Shown one piece after another: positions 34,401 to 46,125 of a stretch of DNA of 47,292 nucleotides. The first letter of the stretch is position 1; the number at the start of each line of letters is the position of its first letter. A model generated the notes under the pieces. The model did not search any database, had not been told where the DNA came from, and worked only from the letters and a program-made list of their open reading frames with translations. The translations under genes were made by a program, and so were the position numbers. The DNA is taken from assembly GCF_004010195.1 (NCBI RefSeq), contig NC_057757.1, positions 7,907,845 to 7,955,136 of the forward strand, written 5' to 3'. The stretch comes from Chiloscyllium plagiosum (lineage: Eukaryota).

Positions 34401-36878
34401 TGGGGTCAGATGGACGGGATGGGCCGAATGGCCTGTTTCTGTGCTGTGCGACTCTATACGATAGTGCCATAGAGATGGGGTCAGTATGGAGTGGATGGGC
34501 CGAATGGCCTGTTTTCGTGTTGTGTGACTGGATAAGGTAGAGTCATAGAGATGGGGTCAGCATGGATGGGATGGGCCGAAGGGTCTGTTTCCATGTTGTG
34601 TGACGATATAAGATAGAGTCATAGAGATGGGGTCAGCGTGGACAGGATGGGCCGAAGGGCCTGTTTCCGTGCTGTGTGACGCTATAAGATAGAGTCATAG
34701 AGATGGGGTCAGCATGGACGGGATGGGCCGAAGGGCCTGTTTCCGTGCTGTGTGACTCTATAATAGGTAGAGTCATAGAGATGGGGTCAGTATGGACGGG
34801 ATGGACTGAAGGGTCTGTTTCTGTGCTGTGTGACTGGATAAGATAGAGTCATAGAGATGGGGTCTGTATGGACAGGATGGGCCGAAGGGCCTGTTTCCGT
34901 GCTGTGTGACTCTATAAGATAGAGTCATAGAGATGGGGTCAGTATGGACGGGATGGACTGAAGGGTCTGTTTCCATGCTGTGTGACTGGATAAGATAGAG
35001 TCATAGAGATGGGGCCAGTATGGACAGGATGGGCCGAAGGGCCTGTTTCTGTGCTGTGTGGTGCTATATGATAGAGTCATAGAGATGGGGTCAGTATGGA
35101 GTGGATGGGCCGAAGGGCCTGTTTCCGTGTTGTGTGGCTCTATAAGATGAAGTCATAAAGATGGGGTCAGCAGGGTCGGGATGGGTCGAAGGGCCTGTTT
35201 CGGTGTTGTGTGAATCTATAAAATGGAGTCATAGAGATAGGGTCAGCATGGACGGGATGGGCTGAAGGGTCTGTTTCCATGCTGTGCGTCTCTATAAGAT
35301 AAAGTCATAAAGATGGAGTCAGCATGGACGGGATTGGCCGAAGGGCCTGTTTCCGTGCTGTAGGACTCTATTAGATAGTGCCACAGAGATGGTGTCAGCA
35401 TGGACAGGATGGGCCGAAGGGCCTGTTTCCTTGCTTTAGGACTCTATAATAGGTAGAGTCATAGAGATGGTGTCAGCATGGACGGGATGGGCCGAAGGGT
35501 ATGTTTCCGTGTTGTGCGAGTCTATAAGATGGAGTCATAGAGATGGGGTCAGCATGGACGGGATGGGCTGAAGGGTCTGTTTCCGTGCTGTGTGACTCTA
35601 TAAGATAGAGTCATAGAGATGGGGTCAGTATGGACAGAATGGGCCGAAAGGCCTGTTTCCGTGCTGTGTGACTGGATAAGATAGAGTCATAGAGATGGGG
35701 TCAGTATGGACGGGATGGGCTGAAGGGTCTTTTTCCGTGTTGTGCTGATGTATAAGATAGAGTCATAGAGATGGGGTCAGCATGGGCGGGATGGGCCGAA
35801 GGGCCTGTTTCCGTGCTGTAGGATTCTATAATAAGTAGAGTCATAGAGATGGGGTGAGTAAGGACGGGATGGGCTGAAGGGTCTGTTTCCATGCTGTGCG
35901 ACTCTATAAGATAGTGCCATAGAGATGGGGTCAGTATGGACGGGATGGGCCGAAGGGTCTGTTTCCGTGTTGTGTGACTGGATAAGATAGAGTCATAGAG
36001 ATGGGGTCAGCATGGACAGGATGGGCTGAAGGGCTTGTTTCCATGTTGTGTGACAATATAAGATAGAGTCATAGAGATGGAGTCAGCATGGACGGGATGG
36101 GCCGAAGGGTCTGTTTCCATGTTGTGTGACAATATAAGATAGAGTCATAGAGATGGGGTCAGTATGGACGGGATGGGCCGAAGGTCCTGTTTCCGTGCTG
36201 TGTGACTGGATAAGATAGAGTCATAGAGATGGGGTCAGCATGGACAAGATGGGCCGAAGGGCTTGTTTCCATGTTGTGTGACAATATAAGATAGAGTCAT
36301 AGAGATGGAGTCAGCATGGATGGGATGGGCCGAAGGGTCTGTTTCCATGTTGTGTGACAATATAAGATAGAGTCATAGAGATGGGGTCAGCATGGACGGG
36401 ATGGGCCGAAGGTCCTGTTTCCGTGCTGTGCGACTCTATAAAGATAGCGCCATAGAGATAGGGTCAGCATGGACACGATGGGCCGAAGGGTCTGTTTCCG
36501 TGCTGTAAGACTCTATAAGATAGAGCCATAGAGATGGGATCATTATGGACAGGATGGGCCGAAGGGCCTGTTTCCGTGTTCTGCGACTCTATTAGATAGT
36601 GCCATAGAGATGGGGTCAGCATGGACGGGATAGGCCGAAGGGTCTGTTTCCGTGTTGTGCTGATGTATAAGATAGAGTCATAGAGATGGGGTCAGCATGG
36701 ACCAGATGGGCCGAAGGGTCTGTTTCCTAGTTGTGTGACACTATAAGTTAGTGCCATAGAGATGGTGTCAGTATGGACGGGATGGGCTGAAGGGTCTGTT
36801 TCCGTGCTGTGTGACTCTATAATAGGTAGAGTCATAGAGATGGGGTCAGCATGGCTGGGATGGGCCGATGGGTCCGTG
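31421..36878 (+). repeat. tandem satellite, 76-bp unit (some 75/79), ~71 copies, CR1-3'-tail-derived
   Basis: Unit agagtcatagagatggggtcagcatggacgggatgggccgaagggtctgtttccgtgctgtgtgactctataagat, starting at 31421, 31497 and so on. The core matches the CR1 tail at 12893-12950. Confidence 0.97.
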
Positions 36879-37012
36879 TCGGGGAGGTAGTGTTGCGTCT
36901 TTGCTGTATTGAGGAGGTTAGATGCGAGCTCCCAGTCAATACGGGGTTTTACACTTGAAACGTTTTCCCTGTGTCTGTCTCTCAGATGCTGCCTGTCTGA
37001 ATGAATTTGAAA

Positions 37013-37677
37013 CACAGGAGCAGGAGGAGGCCATTCGGCCGTTCAGGCCTTGTTCTGCCATTCACCACCATCTTGGCTGATCATCCGACTCAAGAGCCTC
37101 ACCCTGCTTTCTCCCCCTGACCTTTGACTCCATTCGCCCTCCCCCCCAGTGCTATATCCAGCCGTCTGTTGAATACATTCAATGTTTTGGGCACCAGCTG
37201 CTTCCTGTGGTAATGAATGCCACAGGCTGCCCGCACTTTGGGTGAAGAAATGTCTCCTCATCTCCGTCCGAAACAGTCCACCCTGAATCCCCAGACGGTG
37301 ACCCCTGGTCCTGGACACACCCACCATCGGGAACATCCTCCCTGCATCTAACCTGTCTAGCCCTGTTAGTATTTTATACGTCTCTATGAGATCCCTCCCT
37401 CACTCACCTGGACTCCAGTGAAAACAATCCTGACTGAGTCAATCTCTCCTCATACACCATTCCCGCCATCCCCCGGGAATCAGCCTGGGAAACCTTCACT
37501 GCCCTCCCTCGAGAGAGAGAGAGCATCCTTCCTCAGAAAAGGAGACCAAACCTGCACACCCACAATTCTCTGGGCGGTCTCACCAAGGCCCTGTATGACT
37601 ACAGCAACACATCTCTCTGCTCCTGTACCCTCCCACAGCGAGGGCCAACATCACATTTGCCTTCCTGCTGCCCCCTG
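37013..37677 (-). mobile_element. CR1 3' fragment, inverted copy of 19061-19727
   Basis: Near-identical reverse complement, including idiosyncratic tracts. Confidence 0.85.
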
Positions 37678-37714
37678 TTTCTCCAACACTTTCATGAGGA
37701 AAGGCTGAGGGACT

Positions 37715-38068
37715 TGAGGCTGTTTTCATGAGAGAGAAGGTTAAGAGGTGACTTAATTGATACGTATTAGACAATCAGAGGGTTAGGGTGGGTGGACGGT
37801 GAGAGCCTTTTTCCTCAGATGGTGATGGCTAGCATGAGGGGACAGAGCTTTAAACCGAGAGGTGATAGATATAGGACGGTTGTCAGAGGTAGTTTCTTTA
37901 CTCAGAGAGTAGTAACAGTAGGAGACCCGCCAACTTTCAGGGCATTTAAATGTTTATAGGATAAACATATCGATGAGAATGGAATAGATGGGCTTCAGAT
38001 TGGTTCCACAGGTCAGCACAACATTGAGGGCCAAAGGGCCTGTGCTGCGCTGGAATGTTCTCTGTTCT
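37715..38068 (+). mobile_element. CR1 3' end
   Basis: gaaggttaagaggtgacttaattga...gagggccaaagggcctgtgctgcgctg tail. Confidence 0.8.
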
Positions 38069-38659
38069 AGCCGCTTCTGGTTTTGTATTATTACATGAAA
38101 GCAATTTCTCAGTCTGTATCGGGCAAATATCTAGGCGCTTTTGGTCCTGGGAGAGCAGGGCTGCATTGGGACTCTGCCTCAGTGCGTGCTGGGGGAGTGA
38201 CACTCTGTAACCATCACAAGGCAGAGAAAAAGGCCGCCTTGGAGAGCCACTTCCCCCTCCCAATGCGACACCCACAACAAAAGCTGAGTCTCGCATTACT
38301 GTACAACATAATTACCGCGCTTTCATCATGCCTCGAAGCCGTTAGAGGTGCCAACTGTGGTTTCTCGCCAGTTCCCGCAGGCAGCTGCAGCTCACTCTGA
38401 CGTGACTGAGATTCCCAGGCTCCATCCTCAAGCTGCCTTTGACTAGCTCCTGACCCTCCAAGTCCCCCCCCCCCCCCAATCATGCAGCGATCTGTACGAA
38501 GGGTCTGCTTTCGCCTTTTGTTTTGGGGTCAGCCCCGCGCAGTGGCAAATCAACAATCCTGCACTTTTGTCCGTCAAGCAGTCACTCATAGAATGTACAG
38601 CGCACAAGGAGATCATTTGACCCATCGTGTCTGGGCTAGGTATCCTGAAGGAGCTCGTT

Positions 38660-39020
38660 TTACAAGATAATGCGTGGCTTAGACAGGGTGGACGCTGGGA
38701 AGTTGTTTCTGGCAGGCGGGGAGACTAGGACCCGTGGGCACAGCCTTAAAATTAGAGGGGGTCAGTTTAGAACGGAAATGAGGAGACATTTCTTCAGCCA
38801 GAGAGTGGTGGGCCTGTGGAATTCATTGCCACAGAGCGCAGTGGAGGCCGGGACGGTAAGTGTCTTCAAGGCAGAGATTGATAAATTCTTGACCTCATAA
38901 GGAATTATGGGACACAGGCAGTGTGCGGGTAAGTGGAGTTGAAATGCCCATCAGCCGTGATTGAATGGCGGAGTGGACTCGATGGGCCGAATGGCCTTGC
39001 TTCCACTCCCTTGTCTTATG
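38660..39020 (+). mobile_element. CR1 3' end
   Basis: ORF 38670..38900 MRGLDRVDAGKLF...RTRGHSLKI...FFSQRVVGLWNSLP. Confidence 0.9.
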
Positions 39021-40019
39021 GTCCCATTCTCCAGCCTTATCTCTGTAACCCTCTAAACCCATCGCTTTCAAATATGTCTCCAGCTCTCTTGTACCTGCCT
39101 CCAATACGCATTCTCAGCAGCACGTCCCAAATCCTAATAAGTGAAGAAGTTTCTCATCATCTCACTCCCCACCCTCTGGCTGACAATCTGGAGGTTGTGA
39201 CCCTTAGTTACTGACCAGTGGAAACAAGATTGTTCTTTACCCTGTCAGACATTTTGAACATCTCAATCAGGTCACCCCTTACAGAATAAGGATCAATCGG
39301 CGTGGAGCTGGAAAAGCACCATACTCTTCTCCTGCCCCTCGGATGCTCTGCCTTTCCCCTCTGATCTCCAGTGTCTGCAGCCCTTACTTTCTCTGAGGAG
39401 AAATAGGTCAATCTCCTCTCTAATTATTCCTTGTAAAATCCGTCATTCCTGTTTTGGAGATGTCGGTGTTGGACTGGGGTGTACAAAGTTACATGGCATG
39501 GTACGTTGGGGAAACCGAGCAGAGGCTACGGCAATGGATGGGCACCGCACAACAATCAACAGACAGGAGGGTTCCCTCCCAGTTGGGGAACACTTCAGTG
39601 GTCCGGGACATTCGACCTCGGACCTTCGGGTGACCATCCTCCAAGGTGGACTTCGGGACAGGCAGCAGAGGAAAGTGGCCGAACAGAGGCTGATAGTTAA
39701 GTTCGCTACCCATAACACAGACACTCACACTCACACATGCATCCTCTCAGAGACTTAGACCACTCTACACTCACGCACACACATACTCTCTCTCTCACCC
39801 TCACAACCCCACCCCAGACAGACAGACACACACACACCCAAAGACCCACATGCACACATATACAAATATTTTGCGGGGTGAATTTGTACTTGGAGGGTTA
39901 CTTTGCTCAAAAACTGCATGAATTCATGTAAAACTCTGTTATCTCACTTTTTAGCTGAGAATCAATCTAAACATCATGGCATAGACAGAGAATACAAGGG
40001 GCTAACACCTTCAACATAT

Positions 40020-40148
40020 TCCTGAAGAAGGCCTTATGCCCGAAACGTCGATTCTCCTGCTCCTTGGATGCTGCCTGACCTGCTGCGCTTTTCCAGCAAC
40101 ACATTTTTCAGCTCTGATCTCCAGCATCTGCAGTCCTCACTTTCTCCT
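40020..40148 (+). mobile_element. short hammerhead-core element inserted in the Penelope relic
   Basis: cctgaagaaggccttatgcccgaaacgtcg. accttcaac is duplicated at 40007 and 40149. Confidence 0.7.
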
Positions 40149-40371
40149 ACCTTCAACCTGTCTAGCTAACACCAACTGTTACAGCTAACCCAAGAATGCA
40201 ACTTTTAAAAAAAAGATTTCGTGATTTACACATGAAAGAAGAGAAACTAACATGGTCATTCAAACAGATGAAAGACTCAACAAACAATCAAGGTCTTTTT
40301 CAGTGTATAATTTCAGTTACATCACACTGTAAACTTTAGCTATAAATTCTGTGCCTTACAATTGTGTCCTC

Positions 40372-40455
40372 CACAACCACCTGATGAAGGAGCGTCGCTC
40401 CGAAAGCTAGTGCGCTTCCAATTAAACCAGTTGGACTATAACCTGGTGTTGTGTG
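40372..40455 (+). ncRNA. candidate minimal hammerhead ribozyme
   Basis: CUGAUGA (40381), stem II GGAGC-guc-GCUCC, GAAA (40402), short GC...GC stem III. Activity untested. Confidence 0.55.
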
Positions 40456-40629
40456 ATTTTTAACCTCATTCCTGTTGTCATTCTAGTAAATCTCCTTTGG
40501 ATACTTTCACCGCGTTAGTGAGAGAGCCGATTCCAGTCTGGAATGAGCACATGAGAAAGCAGACCTTAAACACTGCATTACAGACGTGTATTGGAGACCA
40601 TCCAACACGCAACTGTAAAGTAATGTCCC

Positions 40630-41000
40630 TCTGGAGCGACAGACGCTGAGGGGAGACTTGATAGAAGTTCATATAATTATGAGATGGTCAGAATCGTTTC
40701 CCCCAGAGTTGAAAATGTCGAAAACAAGGGGCATGCATTTGAGGTGAGAGGGGAAAGGTCAAAGGAGATGTGAGGGGCACGTTTTTGACACAGAGTGGTA
40801 GGAATCTGTATTGCACGACCAAGGGTGGGGGTAAATATGATAGGGGCATTTAAGATGCATTTGGATAAGTGCACAAATAGGCACCAAGTGGAGGGATATG
40901 GAGCAAGGGCCGGCAGAAGAGATTAGTTTAATTTGCGTCATGTTTGGCCCAACATCATGGGCTGAAGGGGCCGTTCCTGTGCTGTACCATTCTATGTTGT
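40630..41000 (+). mobile_element. degenerate CR1 3' end
   Basis: gctgaggggagacttgatagaag...gggctgaaggggccgttcctgtgctg. Confidence 0.75.
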
Positions 41001-41207
41001 CAAATGCATAAAGAGGTGAACAGTCTGACTGAGAGATAAGCGAGCAACCCCACGAACAACTCACATGCATACCACCACAGTTCAAGACACCTCCAGACTG
41101 GGATCTCAATATGCAGGGGACAGCATTAGCTTCAGATAAAGCAATTGCTACGATGTAGACTATAACAATGATTATGATAGGCCAGGTGATGGTCAGAGAG
41201 ACTTCGA

Positions 41208-41580
41208 GACAGTACAGCACGGAAACAGACCCTTCGGTCCAACCCGTCCATGCTGATCAGATACCCCAACCCAATCTAGTCCCGTTTGCCAGCACTTGGC
41301 CCACATTCCTCCAAACCCTTCCTATTCATATACCCATCCAGATGCCTTTTAAATGTTGCAATTGTACCAGCCTCCACCACTTCGTCTGGCAGCTCATTCC
41401 ATACACGTATCACCCTCTGTGTGAAAAAGTTGCCCCTTAGGTCCCTTTTATATCTTTCCCCTCTCACCCTAAACCCTCTAGTTCTGGACTCCCCCACCCC
41501 AGGGAAAAGTCCTTGTCTATTTATCCTATCCATGCCCCTCGTGATTTTATAAACCTCGATAGGGTCACCCCTCAGCCTCT
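41208..41580 (-). mobile_element. CR1 3' end
   Basis: ORF 41276..41533 is the CR1 ORF2 C-terminus. Confidence 0.92.
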
Positions 41581-41956
41581 ATCTCACGAGGGAGCAGAGT
41601 TTATCTTGACTGGTTGTGAGATAAGTCCCTTTGCTTGTTCGGGTAGGGTGCTGATCAAGGTGCTAAGTCACGTCACCAAAGAGACTTTGAGGAGTGACTG
41701 AAGGAAGGGGAGGTGAGGTGGGGAGATACAGGGAGGCATGCCCAGAGCCTTGCAGTGCAGGCCACCTGATGGTCAACAAAGGTCAAAGGTCGCAAATGCT
41801 GGACATCTGACCCAAACACTGTCAAACTCAAAGCTGAACAAGATCAAATCAAAAACGGTGCCCCTGGTTCTGTCCGTCTCTCCACGGATGCTGCTGAGTT
41901 TACCGAGCGATCTCTGCGTTCAGCAGCCCCCGAGCGATTTCAAACAGACCAACCTG

Positions 41957-42322
41957 CTCTTGCTCTTATCGGAAAGATGTTGTGAAACTTGAAAGGGTTC
42001 AGAAAAGATTTACAAGGATGTTGCCAGGGTTGGAGGGTTTGAGTTATAGGGGGAGGCTGAACAGGCTGGGGCTGTTTTCCCTGGAGCGTCGGAGGCTGAG
42101 GGGTGAGGGAAAGATTTGAAAGGGAGCTAAGGGGCAACTTTTTCACACAGAGGGTGGTACGTGTATGGAATGAGCTGCCAGAGGATGTGGTGGAGGCTGG
42201 TACAATTATGGCATTTAAAAGGCATCTGGATGGGTATATGAATAGGAAGGGTTTAGAGGGTTCTGGGCTAAGCGCTAGCAAATGGGACTAGATTGGGTTG
42301 GGATATCTGGTCGGCATGGGCG
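41957..42322 (+). mobile_element. CR1 3' end with internal deletion
   Basis: ORF 42103..42291. Junction ggctgaggggtga|gggaaagat. Confidence 0.9.
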
Positions 42323-43629
42323 GGAAATCTTTTAAAAAACCCGATCAATCAGGAGGAGAACGTTTTGGCGTGGGTCTCCGACCACACTGCTGTTTGTATG
42401 ACCTTGCTGTTTCCTGTGATAACTAAATCAAGCCTCTGCTGCCTCTTCGGTCTAGTGGTGCTTGTGAAACGCGCTAAGCGAATGCAGGTTGTGGGATTAT
42501 CCTGTGTGCAGATTGCGTTGCCACTCTGAGCAAAGGCTGCAGAACTGCTTGCACATCACAAGTGTGAAATAATCAGCGCAGGTCTCTCTCTCTCTCTCTC
42601 TCTCTGACCTCGGCTTCGAGCGGCGAGAGATGCGACAAATAAGCAGCACGTTTGGGGTTTCAGTTCTTCGGTTTTGAGTCTGCAGATTGATGCCGAGAAA
42701 CTGCAGCCCACGCCCACGGTTTGGTGCCGATGCAGATCAGACCTTCGCTTCCCATCAGCGGGCGCTTTCCCGTGTCGCCATAGAGGTGACCCACCGTACG
42801 GGATGATGGGCATTCCTCGCAGGGCTGTTCGCCCATCCCCCACCCGGGGGGGAGGGCAGTCGCTGCTCCCTTCCACCCTCCTTCTGGGCCTCCCATCGCC
42901 CAGCAATCCCAAGCCACTCCCTGGCGATGACCCGACTCGGGCTTAAAGGGTGTGGGGCAGCAGGGTACTGTGAGGGGATGGCCAGCCATGTTGTAGCGAG
43001 TGGCGGAACAGGCTGGAAGGGCTGAGCGGCCAATTTCTGTTCCTATTTTGGATGTCCCTCCATTTGTCTGAATGGGGGAGCGGAGCTCAAAGGGCCGAAT
43101 GGCATACTCCCGGATGGAGGAGACCTGAAGCCCCAGACGGCTTTGACCTGTTCCTATTTTATATGTACCTACATTTCCATGAATGGCTGAGTTGGGGCCA
43201 AATGGCCTACATTTGCTCTCATTTTCTATGTATCTAATAAATGACCAAACAAGATGCAAAGGGCTGAGTGGCCTACTCTACCTCCTATAGTCTATGTTTC
43301 TAATGTTAGAAATCACGCCACAGGGAAGGTTAGTTGCTCCTGAAGGGGATGCAATGCGGGTTCGTTAAAACGCTCTCGCCGAACGGGAAACCCGAGGGCA
43401 AACTGGGTGAAGTCAATGTGGAGGTCGCTAAGATATTTTAAGAATGGTTAACGGAGCCGAGGGATTTGGAGGATTTCATACCTCGTGTCAAGGGAGACCT
43501 GCAGAAAGAATAACCATAAAAATCCCAGGAAGCCAGCAAATGGGACGAGATGAATTTCGCAAATCTGGTCAGAGTTGGACCGAAGGGTCTGTTGGTGTGC
43601 TGTACATCTCCGTGCCTTGAAGCCACTCA

Positions 43630-45472
43630 GCCTGATTTCAGTTCTGAGGAGCTATGGGCAGTAGGAGTATGCTCAAGAGGACAAAGAGGGGACATGCTTT
43701 GGCAAATCAGGTTAAGGAGAACCCCTTGCGACTCTACAAAGACATCAAGGACAAAAAGAGGAACTAGGGAGAGAATAGGGCCCCGTAAAAGTCGATGTGT
43801 GTGCAACCAGAGGAAATGGGTGAGACACTAAATGAGTATTTGGCGTCAGTACTGACTGTGGCAAAGGACATAGCAGCTTGAGAACATGGGGAAGTAGGCA
43901 GGGATGTCTTGAAAAGTGTCCGTATTACAGATCAGAGGGTGCTGGGTGTCTCAAAACGGATAAAGGTGGATAAATCCGCGGGACCTGGTCAGGTATATCC
44001 CAGAATTCTGTGGGAAGCTAAGGAAGACAGTGCTGGGCCCCTTGCTGAGATATTTGTCTCATCAACAGCCATCACTGAGGGACTGGAAGGGTGGCATTAT
44101 TTAAGGAAGGTGGAAAGGAAAAGCCAGGGAACTATAGACTGGTGAGCCTGACATCGGTGGTGAGCAAGTTGTTAGAGGGGATTCTGAGGGACAGGGTTTA
44201 CATGTATTTGGAAAGGCAAGGACTGATGAGAGATAGTCAACATGGCTGGGAGATTATGTCTCACAAACTTGATTGAGTTTTTTGAAAGAGTGACCAACGG
44301 GATTGATGAAGTCAGAGCAGTAGAGGTGATCCACCCAATAAGGGGTACAACAAGGGTCTACATTGGTAGCCTGGTTAGCAAGGTTAGCTCACACAGAATC
44401 CAGGCAGAGCGAGCCAATTGGATTCAAAATTGACTCGAAGCTATGAGACAGAGAATGGTGGTGGAGGGTTGCTTTTCAGACTGGAGGCCCGTGACTGGTG
44501 GAGTGCCACAAGGATCGGTGCTGGGCCCACTGCTTTTCATCAGTTATATAAATGGTTTGGATGTGAACCTAGCAGGTATGTTTGCAGACAACGCCAAAAT
44601 CGGAGGCGCAGTGAACAATGAGGAAGGTTTTCTCAGAGTATAACAGGACCTTGATCAGATGGGCCAATGTGCTGAGGAGTGACAGATGGAGTTTAATTTT
44701 AATTTAGATAAATGTGAGGCGCTGCATTTTGGAAAGACAAATTGGGGCAGGATTTCTCCACATAATGGGAAGATCCTGGGGAGTGTTGGCTAACAAAGAG
44801 ACTTTGGGTTCAGACTTTCTTGAAAGTGGAGTCGCAGGTGGACAGGGTGGTGTAGAAGGCATTTGATGCGTTTGCCTTTTTTGATCGGTGCATTGAATAC
44901 AGGAGTTGGGGGGTCATGTTGCAGCTGTACAGGACATTGGATAGGCAACTTTTAGAATGCAACATTCAGTTCTGGTCTCTCTGCTATAGGAAGGGTGTTT
45001 CGAAACTTGAAAAGGTTTCCAGTGTTGTGGCCAGAGTTAGAGGTTTTCAGCTATGGCGAGGGGCTGAATAGGCTGGGGCTGTTTTTTTTCTGGAGCTGAG
45101 GGGTGACCTTAGAGAGGTTTACAAAATTATGAGGGGCATGGATAGGGTAAATAGTCAAGGTCTTTTCCACAGAGTAGGGGGGACTCCAAAACTAGAGGGC
45201 ATGGGTTTAAGGTGAGAGGGGAAAGATATAAAAGAGACCTAAGGGGCAACGCTTTCACCCAGAGGGTGGTACGTGTGTGGGATAAGCTGCCGGAGGATGT
45301 GGTGGAGGCTGGTACAATTGCAACATTTAAGAGGCATTTGGATGGGTATATGAATAGGAAGAGATTAGAGGGATATGGGCCGGGTGCTGGCAGGTGGGAC
45401 TAGATTGAGGTGGATATCTGGTCGGAGTGAGTGAGTTGGACCGAAGGGTCTGTTTCTGTACTGTATAACTCT
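43630..45472 (+). mobile_element. 5'-truncated CR1 LINE, disrupted ORF2 reverse transcriptase and 3' tail
   Basis: PGNYRLVSLTSVVSKLLE, SQHG, CLTNLIEFFE, VTGGVPQGSVLGPLLF..YIN, FADN, FTQRVVRVWDKLP; many stops and frameshifts. Confidence 0.95.
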
Positions 45473-45894
45473 ATTTTGGTGAACGGTTCAGTGGAATTTA
45501 ACAGGCTGGATGATGAGAGGTTTGGCGGGGGAGGCGTGGGGTTGGTGAGCGGTTGGGAATTCTTAACCGAAGTAGGTGAAGGACTGAGGGATTTTATTAG
45601 GCCCAAGGCCAGGGAACGAGCCAGGGATCCTGATTTTCAATGTTCAAGCTCCCTGCTCTGCTCCCCCTCATGTCCCATCACTACTCCCTTTCCTGGCAAT
45701 GGAATCTCCAAATCAAACATGCGTTACCATGGCAGCAATATTACTGAAGTATTCAACACGCTTCGGGGAAACATAGAAATCAGGAGGAGGCCATTCAGCC
45801 CTTCGATGCCGCCCCACCATTTCATATGACCATGACTGATCATCCAGCTCGGAACTTTGTTCCTGCTTTCACCCCATGAGATCTGTTTCCCTCT

Positions 45895-46125
45895 GACCTA
45901 TCACCTTTACCCCCACCTCTATCCGCCAATTGCACTCTCAGCTACTTTCTCCCCAGCCCCACCCCCTCTCCCATTTACCTTTCCACCCCTGAGGCTCCCA
46001 GCCTCATTCCCGATGAAGGGCTTTTGTCCGAAATGTCGATTTTCCTGCTCCTCGGATGCTGCGCTTTTCCAGCGCCACTCTAATCTTGACTCTAATCTCC
46101 AGCATCTGCAGTCCTCACTTTTGTC
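45895..46125 (+). mobile_element. Penelope-type 3' piece with decayed hammerhead core
   Basis: ttcccgatgaagggcttttgtccgaaatgtcg followed by the same arm as 5380-5470. Confidence 0.65.

Larger units (their letters stand above)
39495..40463 (+). mobile_element. Penelope-like element 3' part (GIY-YIG C-terminus, CA-rich tract, pseudo-LTR)
   Basis: GHRTTINRQEGSLPVGEHFSGPGHSTSDLRVTILQGGLRDRQQRKVAEQRLIVKF is a Penelope GIY-YIG C-terminus. Ends in the ctgatga...gaaa unit. Confidence 0.8.

Noticed and set aside
31421..36878. CRISPR-like array of hairpin repeats
   Set aside because: No unique spacers (whole units are homologous), no cas genes, vertebrate context, and the unit derives from a LINE tail.
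40759..41220. 153-aa ORF with hydrophobic stretch WPIIIIVIVYIVAIAL and a gtgagt donor at ~41064
   Set aside because: Starts in one CR1 tail and ends antisense in another; no recognisable homology.
42660..43259. 199-aa minus-strand ORF
   Set aside because: The first half is antisense to several decayed CR1 tails; no recognisable domain.
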